From: an uncultured Planctomycetota bacterium
GTDB lineage: Bacteria > Planctomycetota > Planctomycetia > Isosphaerales > Isosphaeraceae
NCBI GenBank assembly: GCA_963823665.1
Contig: CAWGMQ010000007.1
Coordinates: 64,001-128,000 of the forward strand
DNA: 64,000 nt
Direction: 5' to 3'
Shown here: positions 42,417-54,668 of the stretch, in pieces
Layout: every line of letters begins with the position of its first letter
How positions within the stretch are numbered: the stretch's first letter is position 1
Program-made: the position numbers and the translations under genes
The notes under the pieces: model-generated
Databases searched by the model: none
Told to the model about the DNA's origin: nothing
Seen by the model: only the letters and a program-made list of their open reading frames with translations

Positions 42417-44994
42417 TCAGTCGACGTAGAGAAACTCGTTGGAGCTTAAGAGCAGGTGCCCCAGGCTGGTCCAGGCCGCCTCATCCGCTGCGTCGCTCGG
42501 CCCTCCGGCCTCGCGACAATACCCCTTGACGTACGCGATCACCGCCTCGCTCTCGGCCGGCGACGGGCGCCGACCGTAGGCGATGCGAAAGGCCAGCTCG
42601 ACCCTCGGGGCCGGTTCGGGCGAGCCCCGAATCAGACGGCGCGCGAACCGCCGGGATTGCTCGAGCACGAACGGATTGTTCATCAGGTAAAGCGACTGTA
42701 ATGGGACCGTCGACTCGCGCCGCGCGACCGTTGCTCGGTTCGGATCCGGGCCGTCGAAGAGGAGCGAGACGGGGTCGCGTCGGAGCCGTGCCCTCATCTG
42801 GTAGACGCTGCGATCGTCGGAGTCATATGCGTCGAAGAACGGCTCGTGCTGTGTCCAACTCCAGTTGGCCCGAGGCGGGAAGGGCGGAGCGCCTGGGCGG
42901 CGCAGATCCAGGGCGCCTCCGGCCCACAGCAGGGCGTCGCGCAGCGACTCGGCGTCGAGCCGCCGGCGGCGGTAATGCGTCAACCACCGGCCGTCCGGGT
43001 CGCCCGCGATTGGCGCGGGCCCGGGAGACTCGAAAGCCGATACGCCCCGGACGTCACGATCAGCCGGTGCATCGCCTTGATCGACCAGCCCAGCCGGATG
43101 AACTCCGCGGCCAGCCAGTCCATTAACTCGGGATGCGTCGGCGGCGAGCCGCGCAGGCCGAAGTCATCTGGCTCCACGAGTCCGAGTCCGAAGTGGTGCC
43201 GCCAAAGCCGGTTGACCATCACCCGCGCTGTCAGTGGGTTCTCGGGCGCCGAGAGCCAGCGTGCGAGCTCGAGGCGGCCGCTTTGGCCGGCGGTAATCGG
43301 CAGCGGCCCACCCCCGCGGAGGAAACCGGGGACGCCGCGCGGCACCTTCGCCCCCAAGGCCGAGGGATTGCCCGCGACCTGGATCGCCGCGTCCTCGGCT
43401 CCCCCGGGCCGGGTCTGGTACACGTACAGGACCGGCTCGTTGCGCGGCGGCTCGGGCTCGCTCACCGCATAGGCGCGACGCAGCCCTGCCCGCTCCTCGG
43501 CTTCGAGCAGCCGCAGGTATCGCGGCCGGGCCCGGTTGATGAGGTCGTCGCGCTGGTCGCCCAGGTCGATCAGCAGGAAATTGAGCTCCGCCTGGAGTCC
43601 GGCGGTATCCTCGCCGCTGGCCGTCCGCGTGGAGATCTCGCGAACCAGGCGGCCGTGACGGGAGACGAGATCGGCCACCCACGCGGCCATCGGGTCGCTC
43701 CGGAGGGCATCCTCATAGGCGGCGCGCAACTGCGCCAGCTCGCGCCGGGTCGCCGCCGGCAGGGCGGCGACCTCCCCGGGGCTCGCCAGCGCGACCAGGT
43801 GCCGGGCGTATTTGGTATGCTCGTTGCCGGCCGAGGGGAATCGCGTGCTGGCGAGGATGCCGTAGAGCGCGTAGTAGTCGGCCTGGGTGGTGGGGTCGTA
43901 CTTGTGGTCGTGGCAGCGCGCGCAGCGCAGCGAGAGCCCGAGCACTCCTCGGCCGATCGTGTCAATGGCATCCTCGACGACCAGGTGGAGGTCGGAGTAC
44001 TCGTGATTGCCGTAGCGCTTGGCCTGGGCCAAGAACCCGGTTGCGATGACCCGCCCGGCGTAGGTCGCGTCGGGCGCCTGTGCTGCCAGGAGGTCGCCGG
44101 CCACCTGCTCGCGCAGGAATTGGTCGTACGGCTTGTCGGCGTTGAAGGCGTCGATGACGTAGTCGCGGTAGCGGTGCGCTTCGGGGATGGGATAGTCGGA
44201 AGAGCTGCCATCGGTGTCGGCGTACCGCGCCACGTCGAGCCAGTGCCGTCCCCACCGCTCGCCGTAACAAGGCGAGGCCAGGAGTCGATCGATCAGCCGC
44301 TCGTATGCGTCGGGCGCGGGTCCGAGACGAAGGCCTCCACCTCCTCGGGCGACGGCGGCAGGCCGATCAAATCGAGAAAAACTCTTCGCGCGAGAACTCC
44401 CCGGGGGGCCGGCGCCGCGGGCTCGAGCTTGCGATCGGCGCGGGCGCGCGCCAGGAACCGGTCGATCGGGTGCAACGTCTCACCGGCCGCCGCAGGCGGT
44501 GGCGGGGTCTCGGCCACGGGCAGGAACGCCCAGTGCTGTCCCGCGCCAGCGCCCCGGCCGCTCTTCGAGCCCGAGTCCGCTGGCCAGATGGCGCCGCCGC
44601 GGACCCAGTCCTCCAGCGCGGCGATCTCGTCTTGCCGGAGCTTCCCCGACGGGGGCATCCGCAAGGTGCCCTCGCGCCGGACCGCGGCGATGAGCAGGCT
44701 CGCGCCCGGATCGCCAGGAACGATCGCTGGCCCGCTGTCGCCGCCGGCGACGAGGGCCGCCCTCGAGTCGACGCGCAGCCCGCCTGAGGTCTTGGCGCCG
44801 CCATGGCATTTGAGGCAGACGACCGCGAAGATCGGGCGGACCTTCCGCTCGAAGGTTTCGGCGTCGGCGGTCCCAGGAGAATCGGCCCGGGCCGTCCCCC
44901 AGCCGAGGGAGATCGCAAGCGCGATGAGGAACCACCGCGGCGGCTGGCCGGAAGGGCCGGGGCTGGGGCGATTCGATTCAGCGCGTGTTCCCAT
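42417..44994 (-). CDS. PSCyt1/PSCyt2(DUF1549)/PSD1(DUF1553) planctomycete cytochrome-domain protein (frameshifts near 44320 and 43000)
   Basis: CLKCH, HWAF, ARYADT, CARCHDHKYDP, NPLTARVMVNRLW, THPELMDWLA, RRRLDAESLRD, SSNEFLYVD. Confidence 0.88.
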
Positions 44995-45189
44995 CTCGAA
45001 CGCTCCGGAGTCGGTGCGCGACCGGCTTCCAAGACAACCAACGCTCATGGGCCAGCAGAACCCGCGAATGAATGGTATTTTACCAGCACAACGCCATTCA
45101 GGTCAGCACGAACGGCCGTTCGTCCCAGAAGAAGATCCCCCCGTCCTCCAGGGAACGGAATTCTCGAAGGAAAGCTCGACCCGATCCTA

Positions 45190-45400
45190 GTTAGGGGTTC
45201 GGGGTCGTCGCCAGCGAGCTCATGACCGCATCGGCGGCAAACAGTCGGTTTGCAGTGAACCGTCTCGTGAATGTTCTCAGGCGGCACCAACGCGCGGTGA
45301 GCCTTCCGATGTCTTGGCTGCTCGCGGCGTTTCCTTCCAGTCGAAGCAGCGGGAGGCTACGCTTCAAGCGGATCTGGAGGATGCGCCTGACCCGGCTCGG
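45190..45400 (-). pseudogene. IS66-family transposase relic
   Basis: RALVPPENIHETVHCKPTVCRRCGHELAGDDPEP zinc-finger segment, preceded by a decayed GRKRxxQPxH. Confidence 0.6.
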
Positions 45401-45673
45401 CTGCGGATCCTCGGCCTTCGCGCGCTCGTGCCGAGCGACTTGACGCTTGTGATGGATGGAGAGTGGCGTGAGGTCACGCTCAAGACACCGGGTTGGTTCT
45501 GAGTCCGGCAGACATCCGCGATCGGATGCTTCGTGGAGCCCCGTGCCTTCGTTCCCCGGAGGGACGCAGGCGATTCATTCGTGAATCCGAGCAGCGCCCA
45601 CGTAAGGTTTCCGGCCGGATTGCGTACGAAGGTACAATAGGCGACCAACTGCGACCAGCGTGGGAGGCGACGC

Positions 45674-48600
45674 ATGGCCGAGCGCGAAGTATGTCCAAGC
45701 TGTGGAAACGAGCTTCACGCGAACGCCCCGCAGGGTCTTTGCCCGGAGTGTCTGCTCCGGCAGGGGCTCGAGAGCGAAGACCCAACCGCGCCGCCTGAAC
45801 GTGCGGCGACTGTTGCTGTGCCGCCTGTGGGCGCACCGAACGCCGGAGAGGGCGGCCCGGAGCCTGGGGCTTCGGTCCATTACTTTGGCGACTACGAGCT
45901 TGTCAAAGAATTGGGCCGAGGCGGAATGGGGGTTGTCTACAAAGCGAGGCAGATCAGCCTGAATCGCCCGGTCGCCTTGAAGCTGCTCAAATCCGACATC
46001 CTGGCCAGCGACGATGAGCGAAGGCGGTTCCAGAACGAGGCCGAGGCCGTCGCGCTCCTGGATCATCCGCACATCGTGCCAATTTTCGAGGTGGGCGAGC
46101 ACGAAGGACGCCAGTTCTTCAGCATGAAGCTGGTCGGCGGCCCGAGCGTCGAAAAGAAGCTGGCCGACTACGCCGCCGACCCGAAAGCCGCTGCGCGGCT
46201 GGTCAAGACGGCAGCGGAAGCGGTGCACCACGCCCATCAGCGCAGAATCCTGCATCGGGACCTGAAACCATCGAACATCCTGCTGGACGAACGGTGCGAG
46301 CCTTATGTGACCGATTTCGGTCTGGCGAAGCGAGTTGAAGGCGACAGCGAGTTGACCCAGTCGGGTGCGATCGTCGGCACGCCGGCGTTCATGGCGCCGG
46401 AGCAGGCATCGGGCCGTGCGCGGCGGTAACGACTTCGACGGACGTTTACGGTCTCGGGGCGATCCTTTACAGCTTGCTCACAAAACGGGCCCCTTTCGCC
46501 GGCGACAGCGTGGCCGACACGTTGCTGGCCGTTCGGGAAAGCGCCCCCAAGCCCCCATCGACGATCAATCCGAGAGCCCCGCGCGACCTCGAAGTGATCT
46601 GTCTGAAGTGCCTGGAGAAAGAAGCTCGGCGCCACTATGGGTCTGCGAAGCTTTGGCCGACGATCTTGACCGCTATCTCCTGGGCAAGCCGATCGAAGCC
46701 AGGCCGGTTGGCGTCCTCGAGCGTGTCTGGCTCTGGAGCCGCCGCAACCCGGCCCTCAGCGTTCTGGCTGCGTCGCTCGTTCTGGCCCTGATCACGGGGA
46801 CCATCGTCTCTACCGCCTTCGCTTTGATCGCCTCTGATCGTTCCCGACAGGCCAACCGCCAAGCCGAGCTGGCGAAGCGACGGCTTTATGACGTGCGGAT
46901 GACCCAGGTCCCGGGCTACCGCGACAACTGGAACCCGGATCTCTTCCTTCGAACCTTGAACGACGAGCTCCAGGTGAGCCAGGCCGGGGTCGATCGACGA
47001 GGATTCGAATGGCATTACTGGCGCAACAAGATTCTCACGGAAGTGGCGACCTTGACAGGGCACTCCCAACGGCCCTGGAGAGTTGACTTTAGCCCGGATG
47101 GTACTCGCCTCCTCTCCGCCAGCGTCGATGGTTCGGCGAGAGTCTGGGCGACCGAAACCGGCCGGTCTATCCTCGTTCTCGATATCGGACGAGGGGAGAG
47201 GGGCAGAGATGCCGCTTTCAGCCCGGATGCTTCGCGTATTGTTTCACTCAGAGACGATGGCACAGTTAGGGTCTGGGACGCGGAAAGTGGACGGGAAAGC
47301 CAATACGCCCCCATCCCTGGCCAGATGTTTGCAGCGTGCTCGAGCGCTAACGAATGCGTGATCGCGTCCTTTGGACCGGGCAGCATCCCACTTAACCCGT
47401 CTTTGCCTCTGCGATTGGGAAAGGTATGGGACCTGGCCACAGGACGTATGGCGTTCACTGTCCGTCAACATAGTGAGGTCCTGTGCATCGCCATTTGCCC
47501 GACTACTCCCTGGCTGGCTGTCGCGCGGGCGGATGTCCCAGGGGTGGAGATCTGCGACCTGCTTCACCCCAGAGTAGCCATCACCTTGCGAGGTGAACTG
47601 AATTACGTGACCGGTCTGTCGTTCAGTCGCGATGGCCGGCGCCTCGCCACAGCAAGCCCATATCCCGATGGGATCGTGAAGATCTGGGAAACGCAAACGG
47701 GGCGAGAGCTCAAGACGCTAAAGGACTCGAGCTTGGTTGATCAACCGGGCGCGGCTCATATCGGCGGGGCAATCATCCCTCTCCCACCGTATCTCAGCGT
47801 TGCCCTGAACCACGATGGCTCTCGCCTCGCAACATCCAACGGTGCGGGCATTCTCAAGATATGGGATACAGACACCGGTCAGGCAATGTTTGCGCTGGAA
47901 GCACAGAAGCGAGTCCAACTGGTGTTCAGTCCCAACGGGAATCAATTGGCGGCCACGGGCACCGGCGGGCAGATGATGATCCTGGACGTGGAGTCCGGGA
48001 AAGAAACGCTGTCCCACTTCCGACATGAAATCGGCCCAACGCGCTATGCTTACGGCGAATCCGGCGTGATCTTTAGCCCTGACGGATCGCGCCTTGCCTC
48101 GATCGGCGACGACGGGACAATCAAGATCTGGATCGCGAGCGCTCGCCAAAATTCGCTTACCCTGAACACCGATTGCAAGCTCAACAGTGTCTCGTTCAGT
48201 CCCGACGGACGGCGCGTGGCTGCCGCCGGCAGTGACGAATTGGTCCACATCTGGGACACGTCCGACGGACGAGTGATGCCATGGCTGAGCAGCCAATCGA
48301 ATCGGGTCAGAGGAGTTGCCTTTAGCCCAAACGGACTCCGCATCGCGTCAGCCGGAGGCAACGAGACCGTCACCGTCTGGGATTCGATCCTCGGAACAAG
48401 GGTCCAAGTCCTGAAGTCGCTGGTCGGGGATCAGCTTTCGAGCGTGGCCTTCAGTCCCGACGGATTGCGGATCGCTGGCGCTGGTCGAAGCGGGCGGCTC
48501 GTGTCATGGAACACGATGACGGGCCAGGAGGCTCTTGGCATCTCGGGCGGCGCCTACCTTTTTGGGGATCCCTGGGCAGGGGCCATCATGGCTTTCAGCC

Positions 48601-49808
48601 CGGACGGCGTGCGAATTGCGTGTAGCAAGCCCTATTCAGGCGTGACCGTTCGGAATGCGTCAAATGGCAGAGAAGTTTTCAGGCTGAGCGAAGGCAACAT
48701 CGTTGCGTTTAGCCCCGATGGCTTGTGGATCGCCTCTGCCGAAGATGACCCCCTCGAAACTGGCAAAGCCCACGGCAGCATAACACTCTGGGAGGCTGCA
48801 TCGGGAACGAAAAAGCTTGTTTTAAGCGGGCACTCCGGTCCTGTCAACTGATTGGCGTTCAGCCCCGACGGTTCTCGACTTGCTTCCGCCGGCGGTGACG
48901 CAACGGTCAAACTATGGGATACGACGACCTGGCAAGATACGCTTACCCTCCGCGGACACAAAGCGGCAATCAGAGGAGTTGCATTTAGCAACGATTACGC
49001 GCGCATCGCCTCATGTGGCGATGATGGTTCCGTGCGGATCTGGGAAGCCCGGTCTCCTACCATCGAAGAGACCGACCGCCGTGAGGCCTTGCGGCTGCTT
49101 CTGAAGCCCGTCTCTGGTGCGAACAGCCCGGTCGAATCGTCGGAACCGATCGGCAACGACTCGAGGGCTGCCGCGCATCGCCGCTCATTGACTTCGAGCC
49201 TGTCTCGCCTACCGAGGGAAATGCGGATCGCGCTGGAGGCTGAGACCCTGGTGAGCGCCTTGTTTATCGAGGGGACGTCCCGAGAAGACGTAGTCCAGAG
49301 TATTCACGATCGCGCCGGCTTAAGTTTCGACGTGCGCGCCAAGGCACTATCACTTGCGCAAATGTGGCCCGATTCGCCCATGGCCATGAACAGCAGGAGT
49401 TGGAGCGTCGCGAAGGAGTCCGGACGAAGTGACAGAGATTACGCACGGGCGTTGCGGCAAGCTCAGGGAGCCGTAAATGCTCAGCCCGGCAACCCGGCTT
49501 TTCTCAATACCCTCGGTGCCGCCCTTTACCGCTCGCGGCGGTTGTCCGAGGCCGTCGGCCGCTTCGAGGAGGGGATCAAATTACGTTCCGGGTCTGGCGA
49601 CGCGTTTGATTGGGTCTTTCTGGCTATGGCCCACCACCGATTGGGCCATCGGGACGAAGCCCTCCCCTGGCTCGACCTGATCCGCGACAAACTCCACCCT
49701 GACTCCGACGACTTTCGAGCCAGGCCGGAGATCCCGCGCCTCTGGGCTGAGGCCGAAGCCGTGGTCATCTACGACCCGGTCTTCCCGGCTGACCCGTTCG
49801 GTCACTGA
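45674..49808 (+). pseudogene. Ser/Thr protein kinase with TM, WD40 repeats and TPR tail (two frameshifts, one in-frame TGA)
   Basis: GRGGMGVVY, VALK, HRDLKPSN, DFG, APE; many FSPDG...W[DE] repeats. Breaks near 46420 and 46648, and TGA at 48849-48851. Confidence 0.85.
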
Positions 49809-49835
49809 TACATCACTCGGTGGCAGCGTTCGTCA

Positions 49836-50225
49836 TCATTCCCTCACCGACGCTGGTTTCACGATGGAAGGGTCTACTGCCACCCGGTCCACGTGGCTAG
49901 GCGGCACTGATGTAACGAGGAATTCAAGATCTGAGTCGCTGTTATTCAATATACGATGCGGCACGCCCGGCGGAACCTCGAGCCCTGTACCTGCCGTCAA
50001 GGTGCTCGCCACACCGCCGTGCTCCATGACCGCCAGCCCGGCAAGCACGAAGAAGAACTGGTGCGCTCTGGTGTGCTTGTGAAAGGTTTCCGCTGTGCCA
50101 GGGGGCATCCGCTCCTGAATGACGGTCAACTGGTCATCCTTGACCAGGTACCAGCCGTCGCATCCTTGGCCCCATGTATAGTGCTCTGCATTAGCCCTGC
50201 TGATCGCCGAGTATCCGACGGCCAT
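49836..50225 (-). CDS. Cupin domain protein
   Basis: HKH...QFFFVLAG, VPPGVPH. Confidence 0.88.
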   Translation of the reverse strand: MAVGYSAISRANAEHYTWGQGCDGWYLVKDDQLTVIQERMPPGTAETFHKHTRAHQFFFVLAGLAVMEHGGVASTLTAGTGLEVPPGVPHRILNNSDSDLEFLVTSVPPSHVDRVAVDPSIVKPASVRE

Positions 50226-50258
50226 TTAGAGAAACCCTTGTTTTCGAAGAAGTCCCGA

Positions 50259-50954
50259 TCAACTTCCCGGATTCGCCGCCGGCCAGGGGCATTCTCCGAC
50301 AAGCGGACATTCCCCGCAACGCGGGCGAGAGCGCTTGCACAGCTCCTGGCCGTGCCGCCTGAGCAACTGGTGGGCCTTGATGAGCCACGGGAATTCCTTG
50401 ATCACATCGTCTTCAACCGCTTCCTGAACGCAGCGATAAGTAGCGGAATAATTCGGCGTCTCCGTCCCGAAACCAAGGCGGACGAGTACTCGCAATCCAT
50501 TCGATTCCAGCGCCAGGATCGGATAGGCGCGACCGAACAGTAGAATCTTCTCCGCACTCGGATCACCGATTGCGGGAAATCCCTTGAGCGCCTTCTTGGC
50601 CTGGGCAATCGGTCGTTTGAGAATCGGCTGGAGGTCACCATCGAAGTGCTCGAGAGCGATTTCGGCACAGCGCTTCAGTTTCTCGACGCTTTGCTCAGGC
50701 ACAATCCCTCGGACCGCGGCCTTCATCAGTTTTGCTCTGGGAGCAGCCAGGATTTCCGCGGGCGTGATTCCGATCTCCGCTCGCAGAGCAGCCATGGCCT
50801 GCTGCCGGCGCTTGTCGTTGACGAGATACGCGACGTTCTCCCAGACGATCATGGCCCAGGGGTCGGTGACCTCGGGTGGCCCGGGCGGGCCGTAATGAGC
50901 CTCGAGCTGGTCGATGATCCGCGGGAGTGAATTCACTGGCAGCTTGTCGTGCAT
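50259..50954 (-). CDS. HhH-GPD/endonuclease III-like protein with 4Fe-4S motif
   Basis: FPAIGDPSAEKILLF hairpin; C-x6-C-x2-C-x5-C (CKRSRPRCGECPLVGEC). Confidence 0.82.
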   Translation of the reverse strand: MHDKLPVNSLPRIIDQLEAHYGPPGPPEVTDPWAMIVWENVAYLVNDKRRQQAMAALRAEIGITPAEILAAPRAKLMKAAVRGIVPEQSVEKLKRCAEIALEHFDGDLQPILKRPIAQAKKALKGFPAIGDPSAEKILLFGRAYPILALESNGLRVLVRLGFGTETPNYSATYRCVQEAVEDDVIKEFPWLIKAHQLLRRHGQELCKRSRPRCGECPLVGECPWPAANPGS

Positions 50955-51014
50955 GAATCATCGTCCGAACAAGATGCACCGTCCCGACACTCCCTCGTCG
51001 AAACATGTGGAGAT

Positions 51015-52352
51015 TCACTGGCGCGGAGGCGCCGTGGGAGAGTCAGGCCGCGGTGCGCTCGCCTTTGGAGCCTCGCCTTCACGGGCCGAAGGCCCAGCCT
51101 CCGGTCGGAACGACCGATAAAAGGCCTCCCAGTTGTCGGCCGGCATGATTCCTAGCTCACGGTGAAGCGCCGAGCTCTTTTCCTTGAACTCAAGCCACCG
51201 GGAAACCAACTGTTCCCGGCCTCGGTACAGTCGAATCTGTGCGTCGAGCACTCTCGGGACCTGGAGGCTCACGTTCAAGGATCGAGTGAGTTGCGAGTTG
51301 GCTCCCACGGGAGGTGCTACAAGCTGCTCGAACCACTGGTCAGCTTCCCGCAGAGAAAGTTCCTGTCCCTTCCGCGCGGTCTCGTAATTCTTGTGCAGGA
51401 GGAGCAAGCCTCGAACCATTTGCCTGATACGCAACTCCCAAGCGTTGCGGTCATCGGCTGCCGCTTGATCGTCCTTGCGAACCGGCCGGTTCTTGCGTGC
51501 GACTTCGACGCACGTCTCAAGAAACGGTTCCTCGGGCACAGTTTCCCGAGCTGACTCGACGAGCGAGCGGCCGCCGATCTTCAGGTCTTCGAGCCGCGGC
51601 AGCGTGTTGTGAATCGCGGCCAGTTCGTTCAACTGCCGGCTCGGATTGCGCTGCCATCCATCTATGGCGGCGAATGTCGTCCGGAACGCCTCCAGGATTC
51701 TCTCGTCCAGCACAGTAGGTGTGCTCACCGGCAGGCCCAGTGAAACCTTCAGTTCATCCACGGACGAGCGGAAGCTGACGAGCTCGATCGCAAGATTCTG
51801 GCGGGCGAGTAACAGATACTGGTCGATTTGATCGACCTCGAGCCGGCTCACTCCAGACTTCTGGCTCTGGATCATTTGATTGAACAGTCGATGCATGTTC
51901 TCGGCCAGTGCCACTTGATCTCGTGCCGAGTCCACAGCGTAACGGTGCTTGATGGCCGCGAAAAATCCTGGCGCAGGGTCACGAAACCCGCTCGAGAGAA
52001 ACTCGCCGCGGAAGCGAATGAATTCGCCGGCGCCCGCGCTCCTCGCTTGTTCCTCCACGACATTCGGATCGAGGCGATTTCCCGGACCAATGCGGATCGC
52101 CGCACCGGGATTGCGAGGGCAGATCATTGTCAGCGAGTACGCCTGCTCGAGCGTCAGAACGGCGAGTTTGGTGCCGGAGGCCAGACCGGCTAACTCAGCC
52201 GGTTCGAGCTTCGCGACCGGCTGCTTGAGTAACTCGACAAGCAACTCTTCGTCTTGCGGAATGCTCACAGCAGGAACCTGTGGAGCGGAAACTGCCGGCA
52301 CACTTGCCCAGCTCGGAACAGACAGGAGAAGGATCGAGACGAATCTCACCAT
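51015..52352 (-). CDS. Secreted helical protein, possibly TolC/OEP-like
   Basis: Signal peptide; LTLEQAYSL, VSRLEVDQI, DELKVSLGLP recall planctomycete TolC-like proteins. Confidence 0.5.
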   Translation of the reverse strand: MVRFVSILLLSVPSWASVPAVSAPQVPAVSIPQDEELLVELLKQPVAKLEPAELAGLASGTKLAVLTLEQAYSLTMICPRNPGAAIRIGPGNRLDPNVVEEQARSAGAGEFIRFRGEFLSSGFRDPAPGFFAAIKHRYAVDSARDQVALAENMHRLFNQMIQSQKSGVSRLEVDQIDQYLLLARQNLAIELVSFRSSVDELKVSLGLPVSTPTVLDERILEAFRTTFAAIDGWQRNPSRQLNELAAIHNTLPRLEDLKIGGRSLVESARETVPEEPFLETCVEVARKNRPVRKDDQAAADDRNAWELRIRQMVRGLLLLHKNYETARKGQELSLREADQWFEQLVAPPVGANSQLTRSLNVSLQVPRVLDAQIRLYRGREQLVSRWLEFKEKSSALHRELGIMPADNWEAFYRSFRPEAGPSAREGEAPKASAPRPDSPTAPPRQ

Positions 52353-52397
52353 CGGGCTCTCCTCGCCAGATCGGACGATCCGTTCAGTTCGACCACA

Positions 52398-53240
52398 TCA
52401 ATCGACCACAACCCGGACCGAAGGAATCGCCTGCTGAAGCGCGATGCCGCCGTTGCGCGATACTTTGGTCCCATTTAGAAACACCAGGCGAAGCTCCTTC
52501 AGCTTGGACAGGTGAAACAAACCCGCGTCGGTCACCGCCGTATGCGAGAGGTCGACGACCTCGAGGTTCTCGAGCGCCACGAGGTGCGCTAGCCCGGCAT
52601 CGGTGACGTTAGTCGAATTGAGCTTCAGCTCCTTGAGGGCGGTCAGCCCGGCCAGGTGTGCCAGCCCGGCGTCACCCACGGAAGTGCGGCCGAGGCGCAG
52701 CTCTTCAAGCCCGTCAAGGCGAGCGAGGCAGGCCATACCGGGATCTCCGACTCTTGTGTCCGAAATGTAAAGGACTCGAAGGCTCCTCAAGGCCAGCAAC
52801 GGAAGTAGTCCGGCGTCGCTGATCCTGGTTTCGCGTAGCTCAAGGTTCTCGAGCCGCGGTAAGCCTTGCAGGTGAACCATCCCCTCGTTCGTGATGGGCG
52901 TTCCATTCAAATACAGCCGGCGAAGGCTGGCAATTCCACTTAGACTTCGGAGGTCATCGTCGGAGACCGGCCGGCCGTCGAGATTGACGACCGAGAGGTC
53001 GTGCGCAAATGCCGGGCCGATCCACCGATCCGCGGAGCCCTTCCAATCGAACCGCGGCGGAGGCTTCGACGTCCAATCGGGCCGGAATTCGTCGTCGAGC
53101 TGGTAGACGCCGCCGGCTCGTTGCGTGGCGACGATCGCGCGGGCTCGCCGCTTGGGCTCTAGCACGAGCCACCAGGCGGCAACCGATGACGCGGCCATCA
53201 GAAGAATGAGCGTTCGCACGCGGATTCGCGGCCGAGGCAT
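52398..53240 (-). CDS. Leucine-rich repeat protein with N-terminal TM anchor
   Basis: RVRTLILLM anchor; LxxLxLxxTxVxDAGL repeats. Confidence 0.9.
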   Translation of the reverse strand: MPRPRIRVRTLILLMAASSVAAWWLVLEPKRRARAIVATQRAGGVYQLDDEFRPDWTSKPPPRFDWKGSADRWIGPAFAHDLSVVNLDGRPVSDDDLRSLSGIASLRRLYLNGTPITNEGMVHLQGLPRLENLELRETRISDAGLLPLLALRSLRVLYISDTRVGDPGMACLARLDGLEELRLGRTSVGDAGLAHLAGLTALKELKLNSTNVTDAGLAHLVALENLEVVDLSHTAVTDAGLFHLSKLKELRLVFLNGTKVSRNGGIALQQAIPSVRVVVD

Positions 53241-53475
53241 AGGAACTCTCGCTCAGAACTCAACGTCGATAAGCTGCAACAGCCATCGCCCAACCTTGCG
53301 ACGCGATTATACCTCATTCGATGTGATATTGCTCGTTTGGGCAATCAATTCGGTGCCGCGCACCCGCGCGAGTCCAGAGAGGGCCACAGCGTGGCGACCG
53401 GACTACCACGCGCTGTAAGATGATTCGAGCAGCGACCTAGCCGGATCGACTCTCCTTCTTCATGGGGCCCGAGCC

Positions 53476-54363
53476 ATGAGGCACGTTCAATTGACATCGA
53501 CCACGCCTTCCGCGACGCGACGGCATTTCCTCACGCTGACCGGAAGCGCCTTCGCTTCGCTCGCCATGGCGCCGGGATCTCGAGCGTCGGAAGCAACGGG
53601 TGACGAGCCCGCGCGCTCGAAATCCCCAATTCCATTTCGTCTCGGCATGGCGAGCTACACGCTGCGGAATTTCGACCTCGACCATGCGCTCGCAATGACC
53701 AGGCGAGTCGGGCTCGAGTGGATTTGTCTCAAGTCAATGCATCTGCCCCTGGACGCCAAACCGGAACAGATCGTCGAGGCTGTCGAAAAGGTGAAGAAAG
53801 CCGGGCTCAACCTGTACGGCGGCGGCGTGATCTCCATGAAGTCGAAAGCCGAAATAGCTCAGGCGTTTGAATACGCCAAGGCCGTTGGCATGCAGACAAT
53901 CACCGCGGCCCCCGTGCCCGATGTTCTTCCGCTGGTCGATGAACACGTCAAGAAATACGATATCACCGTCGCGATCCACAATCACGGGCCCGGCGATCGC
54001 TATTTCCCGACACCGCAAAGCGTCTACGACGCAGTCAAAGCACTCGACCCGCGAGTTGGCCTCTGCATCGACATCGGACACACCGTTCGCATCGGGGCCG
54101 ACTTGCTCGGCTCGGTGCGCAACTGTGCAGACCGCCTCTTCGACCTCCACATCAAAGACGTGACCGCGGCGACTCCCCAGGGAAAAGGGACTCCGCTCGG
54201 CCGGGGGATCATCGACTTTCCGGGTTTGGTGCGCACACTGATTGACGTCAAATTCAAAGGCGTCGCAGCCTTCGAATACGAGGAGCAACCCGACGATCCC
54301 CTGCCGGGCCTGTCCGAATCCGTGGGCTACCTGAAGGGTGTTATGGCCACGATCCAATCGTAG
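53476..54363 (+). CDS. Tat-exported sugar phosphate isomerase/epimerase (TIM barrel)
   Basis: TRRHFL; HNHGP, CIDIGH, LHIKD, FEYE. Confidence 0.9.
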   Translation: MRHVQLTSTTPSATRRHFLTLTGSAFASLAMAPGSRASEATGDEPARSKSPIPFRLGMASYTLRNFDLDHALAMTRRVGLEWICLKSMHLPLDAKPEQIVEAVEKVKKAGLNLYGGGVISMKSKAEIAQAFEYAKAVGMQTITAAPVPDVLPLVDEHVKKYDITVAIHNHGPGDRYFPTPQSVYDAVKALDPRVGLCIDIGHTVRIGADLLGSVRNCADRLFDLHIKDVTAATPQGKGTPLGRGIIDFPGLVRTLIDVKFKGVAAFEYEEQPDDPLPGLSESVGYLKGVMATIQS

Positions 54364-54668
54364 GCACTCGCACGACCGTTTCACTCGACGGAGTACCGCC
54401 GATCTGCGCCACGTGAGCTCCCGCGTCTCGTGACATTGCGAGGGCGTTGCGCAATGATTCGATCGCAATGCATGCACCCTTCATTACAAATCCACCGATT
54501 CGTTGTCGCCTTAGCCCTCCCGATGGCAATTCTCGTGTGTTGCGGAATCTGACCACCGCACCTGCGACGAGACGATAACTCGCCTCATTGCATCCACACC
54601 TTGATGAGGCCGATCTCGTATTTCGGCCGAGAATCGCGATTCACTCGCACTCGACAGGAGACAAGGCG

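Noticed and set aside
43133..45190. 685-aa plus-strand ORF (likewise 17908-19302, 37162-38484, 10840-12123, 23820-25034)
   Set aside because: Antisense to well-supported genes; long stop-free shadow frames are expected at high GC and show no recognisable motifs.
48849..48851. Selenocysteine or read-through TGA in the kinase
   Set aside because: Variable non-Cys WD40 position, no evident SECIS, and TGA is used as a normal stop throughout the window.
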